Assembly (NCBI RefSeq): GCF_009914755.1
Contig: NC_060931.1
Length of the DNA: 64,000 bases
Direction: 5' to 3' (one strand)
Source: the human T2T-CHM13v2.0 reference genome, Homo sapiens
Below the pieces are notes generated by a model. It was not told the DNA's origin. It saw only the letters and a program-made list of their open reading frames with translations, and ran no database searches. Below, in pieces: positions 31,188 to 52,328 of this stretch. Made by a program: the position numbers and the translations under genes. Position 1 is the first letter of the stretch. Each line of letters opens with the position of its first letter.

Positions 31188-31696
31188 TCAGGCCCTGGGA
31201 GGAGCTTCATTCCAAAGGAAAAAACAACTGCTTTACAACAGCCAAGTGCTGTCTCAACCTCCAACCTCCTGTCACACTTCTGCGTCTGTCTTTCACCTTA
31301 AAGTGCCAACAAATGTGCACTTTAAGGATTCTCAAAGAGTGACGAGTTCTCCCTGAAATAGCTCAGAGAGTCCTCCGTAGGCTGAGAAAATAGTCTGACT
31401 CACGTGAGATTAAAAAGTTTTTTGGTAAATTGCAAAATAATTAAGAAGTTCATTCAAGAAAAAATGATAGTTCAGGTAAGTAATAATGGAAATAAAATAG
31501 CATCAATAATCCTACCACCCGGAGAGATTTAAACTACGGTTTTACGTCATTCTGAACCTCCTTTCCCGCTAAGACTTGCGTGTAGATGCATACAACCTCA
31601 TATACATACATGATACGCAACAGGGTCAGGACACAATTACCTTTAATGGAATAACTTTGAGTTCCTGCATTTTCGTCATCAAAACCAGCTGTACTA

Positions 31697-32074
<378 letters not shown>

Positions 32075-32149
32075 TTATTTAAGTTGCATCAATGAGTCAG
32101 CAGTTTCCATAAGAAGCCTATGGGGTCTTAGGGTAGAAAATCCAGGATA

Positions 32150-32812
<663 letters not shown>

Positions 32813-33659
32813 CTCTGCCTCAAAAATAAGAAGAAGAAAAGAAAACCCAGGAGGCACCTTGAAGTCCACTCAAAGGAGAACAGCTGGGGTGTTAATGAGC
32901 CTGGAAGTCACATCTTAACAATGAAGAAATCAAGAACCAAGTGCGTTGGGCTGGGGGGAATCTGACTTGGGCAGATCATCATCAGTGCCTTGAACAATCA
33001 GTGGGCCATGGTGGGGGTGTGTGTGCAGACGAGAACATCATTGGGAGATATGAATTTGTTCTTTATGACCTAGAGAATGGGAGTGGGACCAAATGGATGG
33101 AAGCCAGGCGATGGTTTTGACTCAATGAAAGAACCTGTTTTCTAACAGAGCCATGCTCCCAAAGCTGGGATGGAGGTTTCAGGAGGGAGGGAGCCCTGTG
33201 TGCCTGGAGAGGTTCAAGCCTTGACTGCTACTGCTAGTCCCATGCCTATGTGACCCCACTGTTCTTAGGTGACCCTTCTGACAGCTCCCTGTCCCAGCAT
33301 CCAAGTGCTGATAAGAATGTGAGCTGTGTGCTCAGGTGACAGAAATGAGTGTCCAAGAGCCTTCTTTTCAAGGAGATGTGCACAGCAGCTGGGAGATGAA
33401 AGCTGTATTTGTTACATGTCACTTGTAGAGAGGAGAACCAGACTTGACAGTTCAAAGTTTATTTAACTGGATGACTCTCAAAGGGGAAAAGAAAACACAC
33501 TATTTATTTAAAAAAAATACTTAATATTTAATCATGGGCAAATTCAAATGTGCCTTCCTAAGTCTTTTGTTTCAAGAAAATGCAACAGGCGTATTTTAGG
33601 TCTAGCAGACGGAGAAGAAATGATCATAGACTCTTGGCTGTTTCAAAATTTCTTCTTGA

Positions 33660-34620
<961 letters not shown>

Positions 34621-35280
34621 TTTTAAAAAACATTCCATGGGCATTGTCTCATGCAATCATGTCAGGCAGCCCTGGCCAATTCTGGATGCCTGGGTCTGAG
34701 AAGTGGTCATCCATTTGCCCAAGAGATATCACTGCCATTTTCTAACACTGGGCCATTATTAGCTATAACAAAGGAGCCAGTGGCCTTGGGGTGTTCTTCT
34801 CAGCAGAGCCATAAAAGTGCAGTGATACAGACACTTTAGTCAATACCATTAATAGCTATTACAGAAAAGCCAATTGGGACTTGGATCTGTGGGAATCCAT
34901 CTTTCTGCTCCCTTAGAGAATAAGAGGATGTGTCAGAGACTGCTGGCTGCCTACCCAAGTTCCCCTTCTTCTTGAGTTGGATAATTCTACCCCATATTGC
35001 TGTGTTCCGCAATGCATGCAGCTGGAAAACCACAGTTCCTGGCCTCCCTTGCAGACAGGGGTGGCCAATGAGAGGTAAGTGGATGTCATTGGGTTGAATT
35101 ATGGGAATGCTCTTTAAAGAGGATAATTCAGCTGGGTGATACACCCTTTGGCCCTTGCCTTCTCTTTTTACTGCTGCGTGGAATACAGACATAATGGCTG
35201 GAGCTGCAGCAACCATCTTGCAAACTATTTTGCAAAGATAAAAGTGGCTTTGAAATGGTGCAGTAGAAATATCAAGGCTC

Positions 35281-35617
<337 letters not shown>

Positions 35618-36039
35618 CTAACTCTGGCTTTGCCTACTTAAGAGTTTCTTTACAAGAGAGAAAAATAAAGTGGAAAATGAACCTTTGGTTTATGCCAGTC
35701 ATCTGGATTTCTTCATATGCCATTGAACATCATCTTTATTGCTCCAGGAGCAGATTTCTGCTGATTCAGAAACAGTGTAGTCTAAAATTCGGGTACAATG
35801 GTTTGACCTGAAGATGAAGATGTAGTGTTGGGTGGAAACATTCCGGAGCTCATAATTTTGTAGGTGAGTTAGAAATAAATCAACCACTGCCCCACACAAA
35901 AGCCACTCACTGAAGCAGATCAAACACTCTGTCAAATCTACAGCCTGAGTAGAAGCAGGCCAGAGGAGAGAAGATTCTCCCAGGCTGTGGTTAGGCAGCA
36001 TGAGGACACATGGGCCACGTACGAGATGAAAAAAGGATT

Positions 36040-36884
<845 letters not shown>

Positions 36885-37166
36885 TCACAGGTAGCTCTTT
36901 GGGGCTGCGCTTTTGTGGGGTGACTTTGCCTTGACCACGCTCCCTTTCTCCTTCTGGGCTGGATGCAGAAAACAACAGGGCCTTAGGGGATGGTAGAGCC
37001 ATAAGGGGGAAGGAATCTAAGTCCCTAAATATCTGAATGAAAGAGACCCTCCTCATTGACCTGAATACCAAACCAGGATTGTTTTGTTGAGCCATTTCAT
37101 GTCTGGGGTTATTTGTTACTGCACTTTAGCCTGCTCTAGCTATAACACAACATCTTTTACATATTG

Positions 37167-38028
<862 letters not shown>

Positions 38029-38432
38029 TCAAAAACCCCACACTGTCTTCCACACATAGTAGTCTCACAAGACCCCTGTTTAGATACAAGATTTAATCTA
38101 ATTTGGAGAGGCCCATTTAAACAAGGAAACAGACCCAGAGAGGTTCAGTACCTTATCCCAGGTGACTCGGGTCATTGGTGGTAGAAGGAGAATGTTCTGT
38201 GAGATGCTAGCACCTGTGGATTTGCACACCACCACCTACAATGCAGGCTGCATTGTGCCCTGTGGTGAGTCTGCCTGGAGGAGGAGTCACAAAAGGGCCT
38301 GCAGTATTTGACTATGGAAGCAATTATTAAAGAGGCTGCCCACCCACTGCAATCCCTGCGGATTCCCGGATTTCATGAGCTGCAGGGCTGGCCTCCAGCC
38401 TCAAAGAGCTGCAGGCCTAGGAGAAAATCATG

Positions 38433-38862
38433 AGTGTGTGTGTGTGTGTGTGTGTGTGTAACAGAGAGAGGGAGAGGGAAAAGGAGAAAGAGGCAGAAAG
38501 GGACAGGAGAGATGAAAAGAGATAAAGAGATACAGAGAAACAAGTACAGAGTGACAGGGAGAAATAAATAAGGAATTAGAAAAATAGAGACAAGAGAGAA
38601 ATATTTACAGAGAAAGCCAAAGAGAGTGGAAGGAAGGGAGGAAGGAAGGAAAGATAAAAGAGGGAAAGAAGGATAAAAAGAAAGAAAAGGGAGAAGGAGA
38701 AAGAAAAGGAAGGAGAGAGGAAAGTAGGAAGGAAAGAGGGAAGAAAAATGAAGGAGGGAAGGAGGGAGGGAGGGAGCAAGGGAAGGAGGGAGGGAAGGAG
38801 CAAGGGAAGGAGGGAGGGAGGGAGCAAGGGAAGGAGGGAGGGAGGGAGGGAGAGGGAGACAC
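38433..38862. repeat. (GT)n followed by a ~400-bp GA-rich tract with 24-bp tandem units
   Basis: aaggagggagggagggagcaaggg repeated about 3.5 times at 38759-38850. Confidence 0.9.
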
Positions 38863-39187
38863 AGGGAGTGCCAGTCTTGCAAGGGAGGGGTGCGGGCTGG
38901 CTCTCCCAGCACCTGCAGGCGCAGCGCCCCCGCTGGAAATCTGAACTGCATTCTGGTCGTGGCTTCCCCCTAATGTCCTACCTAACCTGTTGAAGGGAAT
39001 GCAAATTTTAAGGTATACAGCGACAGCAAGCTGTGAAGCGGCCTAGGCTGCCCAAGGCTAGGTCTGGCCGGGTGTTTGGAGCACCCGCAGGCCCCCCGAG
39101 GAGGGAGGCGCCCTGAGCAGGTGTCTGCTCCTTGGACGTCCCGCGCGGGAGCTCAGCTGGGAAGCCGGGCTCTGAAGACCGATGCTC

Positions 39188-39206
39188 TAGCGCCCCCTGC
39201 TGGCGC
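39188..39206 (-). promoter_or_regulatory. CTCF motif (reverse) in a CpG-rich patch (38890-39380)
   Basis: Minus strand GCGCCAGCAGGGGGCGCTA, a full match to the core CCASYAGRKGGCRS. Confidence 0.8.
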
Positions 39207-39399
39207 CTGGCCTTGATTCCGCTGCTTCCTTTCCCCTGAAATGAAGGAAAGCAGGAGGGTTGTGAGGCTTCATTGATTTCTCCCCGGCGGAGCAGCGATG
39301 CGGATGGGGATGAGGGGTGGTCAGAGGAGACCAGAGCTAGCGAACACGTTCCCTTCTATGACCTGGCCTGTGCTGCGACGCATGGTACCAGCCCTGGGT

Positions 39400-39812
39400 T
39401 GGCCTTGTACCTCCAGGCATTTGGGGGCCTTCCAGAGGCAGGAGGACGGCTTGAAACCAGGAGTTCCAGATCAGCCTGGGCAACATAGCGAGACCCCATC
39501 TCTAAAAAAAAAAAAAAAAAAAAAAAGAATTATCTGGACATGTTGGCCCACCTGTGGTCCCAGCTACCTAGGAGGCTGAAGTGAAAAAATGCATCACTGT
39601 AAAAAAACATCTAGAGTTTAAGACTGTGAAATTTTATTAGTCCTTTCTCACACTGCTATAAAGATATTACCCAAGAGGTGGGAGGATCACTTGAGCCCAG
39701 GAGTTCGAGGTTGCTGTGAGCTATGATGGCACCACTGCACTCCAGCCTGTGAGACAAAGTGAGAACTTGTATCTTTTCAAAAAAAAAGAAAGAAAGAAAG
39801 AAAATAAATAAA
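39400..39812 (+). mobile_element. AluJ-like element with a ~90-bp foreign insert (39584-39674)
   Basis: Alu right arm breaks at ggctgaagtg and resumes at gaggtgggaggatc. Confidence 0.8.
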
Positions 39813-40163
39813 TAATGTATACTTTATTAGAACTATATGTACTTTTGATTAATGCATTAAATAGACCATAAGTGATGGGTCTACTTGCTATAATTTCAAA
39901 GTTGTATGAGCATCAATGTTATTACAAGATTTCTGCAGCACCTATAATTTGACAAAAAATCTGTGATTTCTGTTGGTGACAAAAGGTCAGGTTCTGTTTT
40001 GTCTACAGTGGTTTGTTGTTTACATTCATAATTAAAGGAAATGTTATCTTTCATTTAGAGGTAAACGAAACAAAGGGAATAATTTTCCCATCCAAGCTCA
40101 TAGATTCCCTGAATCCTACACATGAAGCCCTGATGAGTCCCATGAACTTGTTAAGCTGCAGAG

Positions 40164-40585
<422 letters not shown>

Positions 40586-41137
40586 TTTATTTTTAAAAAA
40601 TAAATAAAATTTTAAAAATAAAAGAAGCCGCCGAGGTAGCGTTCTTGCTCACAACTTACCTTGCTACGGCACAGCAAGATGTCAGACACCATCCTCAGAG
40701 GTGAAACCCCCAAAAGTATTAAAGGCAGGTAGCAATTCAAAGTATGGATCCCCTGGTCACTAAGAATAGTAACAGTAATCCATTTTTAAAGAATAGCAAC
40801 CAAAATGCCTTACATGCTGGATACCATGCAAGGGACTTTATCTCATTCCATCTGTCCACCCCAGACCTCTTAACTATCCCAGGTAACCTGACGATATCCC
40901 AGGCTCATTTCCTGGGTTATCACAGCCACCTTTCATACCTGGGTCCCTGGAGGGGGCTCAGGTCAGAAGAGGGTATGAGAGCCTGTTTGTCACCTAGGAT
41001 GTGCTCCAGAGTGATTCAGCCACGCCCTGGCGAAATCTCTGCAGGGGGTTTTCTAGACTCTGTCCTGATAACAGAACCCTCCCATTTTGTCTTTGCTTTC
41101 AGCTTTCTTGATTCTAAGCTTCAAATTTTGCCATATA

Positions 41138-41576
<439 letters not shown>

Positions 41577-41863
41577 TCAGGACACTCAAGCAAAGGCCAA
41601 TCCTGGTGGCCCACATCCCAAAGGCAAGCATGAGCAGGGAAACCCTAATCTGCATACAATCGCTTTTACGACAGGGCTGTGTGCTTCAGCAAAACTCTAA
41701 GTTTAAATATGGCATTCAGGGCCCCATGAACACCATAGAGAGAAATCCAGAGACAAGCCACTGAGTAGAGGAGATTTGTGCATTAAAATCTTCTTGCCAC
41801 CAAGGTCCTGCCTGGGTCTCTGACGGTTTCCCATCGCCTAGGTTTCTGAAGCAAGCACTGCAG

Positions 41864-41882
41864 CAGTGCCATCTAGTGGGCA
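41864..41882 (-). promoter_or_regulatory. CTCF motif (reverse)
   Basis: Minus strand TGCCCACTAGATGGCACTG, a full match to CCASYAGRKGGCRS. Confidence 0.72.
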
Positions 41883-42673
41883 AAAGGCAAAGTGTCACAA
41901 CTGAGAGGATCCTCCAAGAGGAAACAGAAGTTGTGGAATTCAGGGGCAAGGACACGGTTGACCTAGACTCAGCTTGACTGGACTTTAGATGGGCTTCTTG
42001 ACTCTCACCCCGACCTCCCTTCTCTTCTACCATTAACTTGAAGAAACACTGCCAGGCATGGGGGGTGCGTACCTGTAGTCCCAGCTATTCAGGAGGCTGA
42101 GGCGATGAGGCAGGAGGATCGCTTGAGCCCAGCAACCACAGATGACCCAATCACAGAAAAAAACATTTGCAAACTCTGGAACAACTCAATGTACTTGGCA
42201 CATCCCACCAAGCAACCTTACCCCAACATCCTCCAGGACTTTTGCACTAGGGCACCCCAGTGCTTATGCTTAGAAGCCCTCCAGCCCATGGTGTCAGCAG
42301 AGTCGGGGTTAGCTTCCCCTATCATCTTGAATAACATCTTCCTTACTGGCGTAACTCTGACTCATGCAAATTCTCTTCAACATAGCTTTTCTGAGCACCC
42401 ACCCTAGAGTGAGGTCCACTCCCACACCCTCAGGATGCTTCAGAAGCAACAGAGCTCCCCTTCTCCTATTCATAAGATAGACATTCTGCCTATAGCCCCT
42501 GCTCTCCCAGGCTACCCCCGCCTCCCCCCGCCTCCCCCCACTCCCCTAACTCAGGCCCATGGTACAGAAGTCAGAAGTTTACAAAGTCAGGAACACAGCT
42601 GCCCTGGGAGAAGGTTTCATTGCCTAGGTTCTCACTGATTTTTTTTCCCCTTTTCTTTTTGAAGCTTTCTTCT

Positions 42674-42983
42674 GGCCAAGCGTGTTGGTTCATGCCTGTA
42701 ATCCCAGCACTTTGGGAGGCTGAGGCGGGTGGATCACCTGGGGTCAGGAGTTTGAGATCAGCCTGACCAACACAGTGAAACCCCATCTCTACTAAAAATA
42801 CAAAAATTGGCTGGGTGTGGTGGTGGGCACCTGTAATCCCAGCTAGCTAGGAGGCTGAGGCAGGAGAATTGCTTGAACCCAAAAGGCAGAGGTTGCAGTG
42901 AGCCAGAGATGGCGCCATTGCACTCTAGCGTGGATGACAGGAGTGAAACTCAATCTCAAAAAAACAAAAACAAAACAAAAAAA
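42674..42983 (+). mobile_element. Alu (S-type)
   Basis: Sense dimer with tail. Confidence 0.9.
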
Positions 42984-43115
42984 CCTATCTTCTCTGTTAT
43001 TCATGGGATTCCCGGTAAAAGGAGAGTAGTCAAGTGTTGAGGCCATTCCCGCATCAATGACTGTAAAGGTTTCTCAGTACACACAGAGGTTACTATTCTG
43101 AAATGCAGGCAGTAG

Positions 43116-44493
43116 TGTGTCCGGAATTGGTGGGTTCTTGGTCTCACTGACTTCAAGAATGAAGCCGCGGACCCTCGCGGTGAGTGTTACAGCTCTTAAG
43201 GTGGCGCGTCTGGAGTTTGTTCCTTCTGATGTTCAGATGTGTTCGGAGTTTCTTCCTTGGTGGGTTCGTGGTCTCGCTGGCTCAGGAGTGAAGCTGCAGA
43301 CCTTCGCGGTGAGTGTTACAACTTTTAAAGCGGCGCGTCTGGAGTTGTTCGTTCTTCCCGACGTGCTCGTGGTCTCGCTGGACTCAGGAATGAAACTGCA
43401 GATCTTCGCGGTGAGTGTAACAGCTCATAAAAGCAGCGTGGACCCAAAGAGTGAACAGTAGCAAAATTTATTGCAAAGAGCAAAAGAACAAACACTCCCC
43501 ACTATGGAAGACGACCCGAGGTGGTTGCCAATACTGGCTCGGGCAGCCAGCTTTTATTCTCTTATCTGGCCCCACCCACATCCTGCTGATTGGTAGAGCC
43601 GAGTGGCCTGTTTTGACAGGGCGCTGATTGGCGCGTTTACAATCCCTGAGCTAGATACAGAGTGCCGATTGGTGTATTTACAATCCCTGAGCTAGACATA
43701 AAGGTTCTCCAAGGCCCCACCAGAGCAGCTAGATACAGAGTGTTGATTGGTGCACTCACAAAGCTTGAGCTAAACACAGGGTGCTGATTGGTGTGTTTAC
43801 AATCCCTGAGCTAGACATAAAGGTTCTCCACGTCCCCACCAGACTCAGGAGCCCAGCTGGCTTCACCTAGTGGATCCCACACCAGGGCTGCAGGTAGAGC
43901 TGCCTGCCAGTCCCGGTGTCGTGCGCCCACACTCCTCAGCCCTTGGGCGGTAGATGGGACTGGGCGCCCTGGAGCAGGGGGCGGCGCTCGTCTGGGAGGC
44001 TCGGGCTGCACAGGAACCAACGGAGGCAGGGGAAGGCTCAGGCATGGCGGGCTGCAGTCCCGAGGCCTGCCCCGCGGGAAGGCAGCTAAGGCCCGGCGAG
44101 AAATCGAGCGCAGCGCCGGTGGGCTGGCACTGCTGGGGGACTCAGTACACCCTCCGCAGCCGCTGGCCCGGGTGCTAAGTCCCTCATTGCCTGGGGCCGG
44201 CAGGGCCGGCCGGCTGCTCCGAGTGCGGGGCCCGCCAAGCCCACGCCCACCCGGAACTCCAGCTGGCCCGCAAGCGCCGCGCGCAGCCCAGTTCCCGCTC
44301 GCGCCTTCTCCCTCCACACCTCCCTGCAAGCTGAGGGAGTCGGCTCTGGCCTTGGCCAGCCCAGAAAGGGGCTCCCACCGTGCAGTGGTGGGCTGAAGGG
44401 CTCCTCAAGTGCCGCCAAAGTGGGAGCCCAGGCATAGGAGGTGCCCAGAGCAAGCGAGGGCTCTGAGGACTGCCAGCACGCTGTCATCTCTCA
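43116..44493 (-). mobile_element. LTR12C-like (ERV9) solo LTR, full length
   Basis: Minus strand starts TGAGAGATGACAGCGTGCTGGCAGTCCTCAGAGCC and ends CCAATTCCGGACACA. Perfect TSD gtag (43112-43115, 44494-44497); CCAAT repeat array; CpG-rich U3. Confidence 0.93.
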
Positions 44494-44586
44494 GTAGGGC
44501 CAAAGACTTTCTCTTCCTGGAACACCACCCACCAGCTCACTTAAAAAACATCTAAGCAACATCAGGTTTCATGGTCCCCGGTCTCA

Positions 44587-45160
<574 letters not shown>

Positions 45161-46043
45161 AAATTTGGTTAGTTAATTCAAAGTTATAACTTTTCTCTCA
45201 ACTTTTCAAACATAACCATATGTAGTCTGACAGCAGGAGGCGGTGTCTCTGGCATATATGTTATCCTGGGGGTCACTGCTGGCCTCTCTTAAGATGTCCG
45301 TCATCCTGTACCCGGTGGATGGTCTCAGAGAGCAACTGTGAGTCGTGCTGGCATCAACCTCTGTTAACCAGGGGCACCCATAGTGGATGGCCACCCTGTC
45401 CTGTCCCCAGGCTTTTTCTATGTCATTGTTCCCTTCGCTGATTCCAGGTCCTTACAGTGGTGCTGGCAGAAACTTCCAGGCCCTGCACAGGCCGTGAGTA
45501 GCTGAAAGCCTCACCTGCCCCCAGGGGCCGGGCCTCTATTTCCACAGTCCTCTGGCTGCCACACGTCGGCATAGGACATTCTGCAAGGAACCTATTTTCC
45601 CACTAAATTCCAAAGCCCTCTCTGTTTCAGCTTCTACTTCTATCTTTCCACCTTTCTTCTTTCCCGCCTTCTCCAAATCTGTCCTCCACAATTCCCTAGT
45701 TGAAAGGTGAAAGGCAGCTGTCATTTCTCTGCGGGGAACGGGACCTCTTTGATATCAAAGCCTCCCAACACCAGCAGCCACAGTGAATGTCTATATTCAG
45801 ACCACCCAGCATGGCTCTTGCTGTTGTAAAGAGAGGCAATTGGAATTCAGAAACCCTTTGCTCTGCCAACAAAAGCCTACAACAGCGAGTTTCCTATTGG
45901 CTCAGAAAAGTATTGTTTGAAACACAGAACTAAATGAGAATGCTTTATCCTGGGCTACATACACCCCCTCTTGGAAGCAGTGAGTCCTCTCGTTGAATAG
46001 GTGAGGGAGAGACTTGGCCCAGCTGAGAATTAGGGATAACTGA

Positions 46044-46505
46044 TGTTAAAGTGAACTAAATATGGCCTGAGAAGGACTCCGTGTTTCTATATTTGAGTCC
46101 TTGTGGATGAACCATAACCTAACTTAATAGGTAGACAAGATTGAAAACCTAACAGGAATATGTGCCTGTAACAATAGTTGAGTCTTGGCCAATTCCAGTG
46201 GCCATGCTTCAACCAGTCATGCGCTGCTGAGTGTCCAAACTCTGTTCAAATAAGGCAAATGCCAAGCTGGATGTAACCAATTCAGCTGTTTCTGAACCTC
46301 GCTTCCGATTTCTGTATGTCACTTTTCTTTTTTAGTCTATAAATTTCTTGTGACCATGAGGCACCCCTGGGGTCTTTCTGACTCTGCTGTGATTCTGGGG
46401 GCTGCCTGATTCACAAATCATTTTCTTGCTTTCTTTTTTTTTTTTTTTTTTTTTTGCTCAATTAAACTTTCTTAAATTTAATTTGTCTGGAGTTTTCTTT
46501 TAACG
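46044..46505 (+). mobile_element. ERV1 solo LTR (MER57-like)
   Basis: tgttaaagtgaactaaatatggcctgagaaggactcc..ttttaac; TSD ctga/ctgg. Confidence 0.75.
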
Positions 46506-46901
46506 CTGGGAATGAAAATACGTTGGTTTATTATCTAAGAAAATGTGATCCTTTGTTAAAATTTTGCACGTATGTCCATTTTAGGGAAAGAGAAAGTTCA
46601 TAGCTTTCATCAAATTTGCAGAATATCACGTTATGGAAATGTTAAGATCAGCTGTTTGTAAACCTCTATCTGGCTAGTCTTGGACAGTATAATTTGCCTT
46701 ATGCTTTTAGGAAGCACATTACTGTTTCAATACATAAAAATTAATTGTGATTACTTTGTTGCGTGTTGGCGTCTCCCAGCATCTTTCTGTGACAGACAGG
46801 GCTGCATTATGGCCTGGATTGTACAGAAGAGAAAGTCAAAACACAAATTTTCTCATTTTGATCCAGCAGCTAGTGCTGTTGGCCAACTTTAAAGACGCCC
46901 T

Positions 46902-47218
<317 letters not shown>

Positions 47219-47838
47219 TTAGACAGCAAAAGGGCCTTGGAGATTATCTATCTTGGCCAAGCCTGTTGGTTTTCAGGGGAGGAAATTAAGCTAAAACAAC
47301 AACAAAAACCAAGAAAGGTCTCATCTCCTCCATACCCCATCAGTATTGGTACAGAAACAAAACTAAATGGTCTGTTAGTCGAGGAAATGGAACAGCAACA
47401 ATTTTGAAGATGGGGACAGAGAAATCAATGATGTCCCATCTTAGAAACTGAAAAACCTCTTGCCAGTTCCTTCGTCTGAAACTGTTATTGTCAGCAAAAC
47501 CATAGCTGTCAAGATCAGGGCTTGAGAGGAAACATCAGATTGGGAGCTGGAGGTGGTTAAAAGTAACATTAAGTATATATTTTAAAACACAGCTAATAAA
47601 AATTCTATAAAGCATCTCTTCTCAAAACAATTCAAATTCTTCAGTAACAAAAACTTCCCCTTGTAGATAATGATTTTCCTGAATCACTATCTTAAATTGT
47701 TCAGAAAATGCCAACAGGCATCATGATTCTCCATGTTTGGTTAAGGCAGAGTAAAACACAGTGTTTTCTTGTTTGTTTGTCTTTAAATATTTGTAACAGT
47801 CCCTGACAGCTTGAAAGTTAATATCTTTTCAATTACAT

Positions 47839-47952
47839 TCTCCTTTTTTCCCTCCCTCTCCTCCCTCCCTCACTCCCTCCCTTCCTTCCTCCCTTCCTTC
47901 CTCCCTTCCTTCCTTCCTTCCTTCTTTTCCGCACCTCCTTTCTCTTCTTCCC
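47839..47952. repeat. (CCTT)n/(CCCT)n low-complexity tract
   Basis: Read directly from the sequence. Confidence 0.85.
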
Positions 47953-48189
47953 CATGAGTCTCTGCTAAATGCTATGAATGAAAATGTGGCCTATTTATCA
48001 TTCACTGCAGTATGTAAATTCATATCGCTGGGTTTGGTCTTGTAACCACAGATTCAGAGATTGTCATAGAGTAAAGCTCTCTCGGTGCCAATTCCTAATC
48101 TTTCCAGAAAGCTCTTTTCTTGAATGTTTTTCTTTATGGGCACTCAACTGAACTCTCTACAGGTTTTTTTAAAAATCAAAATTTTAAAA

Positions 48190-51278
<3,089 letters not shown>

Positions 51279-51545
51279 AGAAACAAAAAAATAATAATAA
51301 CAAAATTAGTTTGAGCATAAAACCAAGTTGTTTCAAAACTCCGGGTGGGAATTGATACACATACTATGTACCCACAAAAAGTAAGGATTAAAAACAGAAG
51401 AAAAATAATAAAATTTAACAGTGGTGTGGTGTGGAGGTGGGGGGAGCTCCAGGTGGGGAAGGCTTGCCAGTGCCTTTTACTTGGCTTGTAACCTAGGCAG
51501 TCATTCCCTTGCTAGAAGTAAATAGTCATTCTTTCCTTTATAATG

Positions 51546-51917
51546 TGGTATGGTTTGGCTGTGTCCCCACCCAAATCTCACCTTGAAATGTAGCTCCCAT
51601 AATTCCCACGTGTTGTGGGAGGGACCCGGTGGGAGATAACTGAATCATGGGGGTAGTTTCCCCGATACTGTTCTCCTGGTAGTGAGTAAGTATCATGAGA
51701 TCCGATGGTTTTATATATAAAGGGGTTTCCCCTTTTCCTTGGCGCTCTCATTCTCTCTCCTGCCTGCTGCCATGTAAGACATGCCCTTCGTCTTCTGCCA
51801 TGATTATGAGGCCTCCCCAGCCATGTGGAACTGTGAGACCATTAAATCTCTGCTTCCTTATAAATTACCCAGCCTCGGATATGTCTTTATCAGCATCGTG
51901 AAAACAGACAAGTACGT
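51546..51917 (+). mobile_element. THE1 solo LTR
   Basis: tggtatggtttggctgtgtccccacccaaatctc...atcagcatcgtgaaaacagac. Confidence 0.9.
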
Positions 51918-51919
51918 AA

Positions 51920-52328
51920 TGCCTAACTGCATGCTTGCTTAGGGTTTTAAAAACTCCAAGAACTAGCCTCGAAGTAAAACCAAGGCTGTGAAAGGTCCAC
52001 CCCTAGAAAAATGCTGAGGAGTTCATCTTCAATCTTGCTGCAGTCTAGCTGATACCAGCTGGGCCACCAGATGGCCCATTACTCAAGATAATCACTGGAA
52101 AAAGACATGCTGACTTGCATGTAGGCAACTTCTATACAAAGTTTGCCTAACTGCCTCCCTTTAAAACCTCTTCAGCCAGCCCAAGAAAGGGGAGATGGCC
52201 TTTGCAATGCAAGTCTGCCATCCCCTTAGGTTATCGGCTCCTGAATAAACCTGCTTTTCCTCCCACCAACCCTTGCCTCTCAAGTTTTGGCTTTGAAGCA
52301 GTTAGTAGCTGAATCTGAATCAGTTACA
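51920..52328 (+). mobile_element. Old ERV LTR-like relic (family not identified)
   Basis: TATA-like ttaaaa, aataaa, and a cagttaca terminus. Confidence 0.45.
52061..52079 (+). promoter_or_regulatory. CTCF motif (forward)
   Basis: GGGCCACCAGATGGCCCAT; the 12-bp core CCASYAGRKGGC matches, with one mismatch in the tail. Confidence 0.5.

Noticed and set aside
38373-38951. 192-aa Pro/Ser/Leu ORF; likewise the ORFs at 57913-58498
   Set aside because: Translations of GA/CT low-complexity tracts.
38921-38951. CTCF-like CCAGCGGGGGCGCTG with upstream TGCAG (minus strand)
   Set aside because: Core is one base short of consensus spacing, so not called. Weaker near-matches at about 1670, 6305, 24347 and 57248 also miss the conserved GGC.
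43811-44487. Several 130-170-aa ORFs and a CpG-island-like composition
   Set aside because: All lie within the GC-rich U3 of the LTR12C; not a host gene.
45206-45460. Coding-looking unique minus-strand frame (AIHYGCPWLTEVDAS...)
   Set aside because: No recognisable homology, splice context or poly-A/TSD. A tblastx/PhyloCSF check would be needed to revive it.
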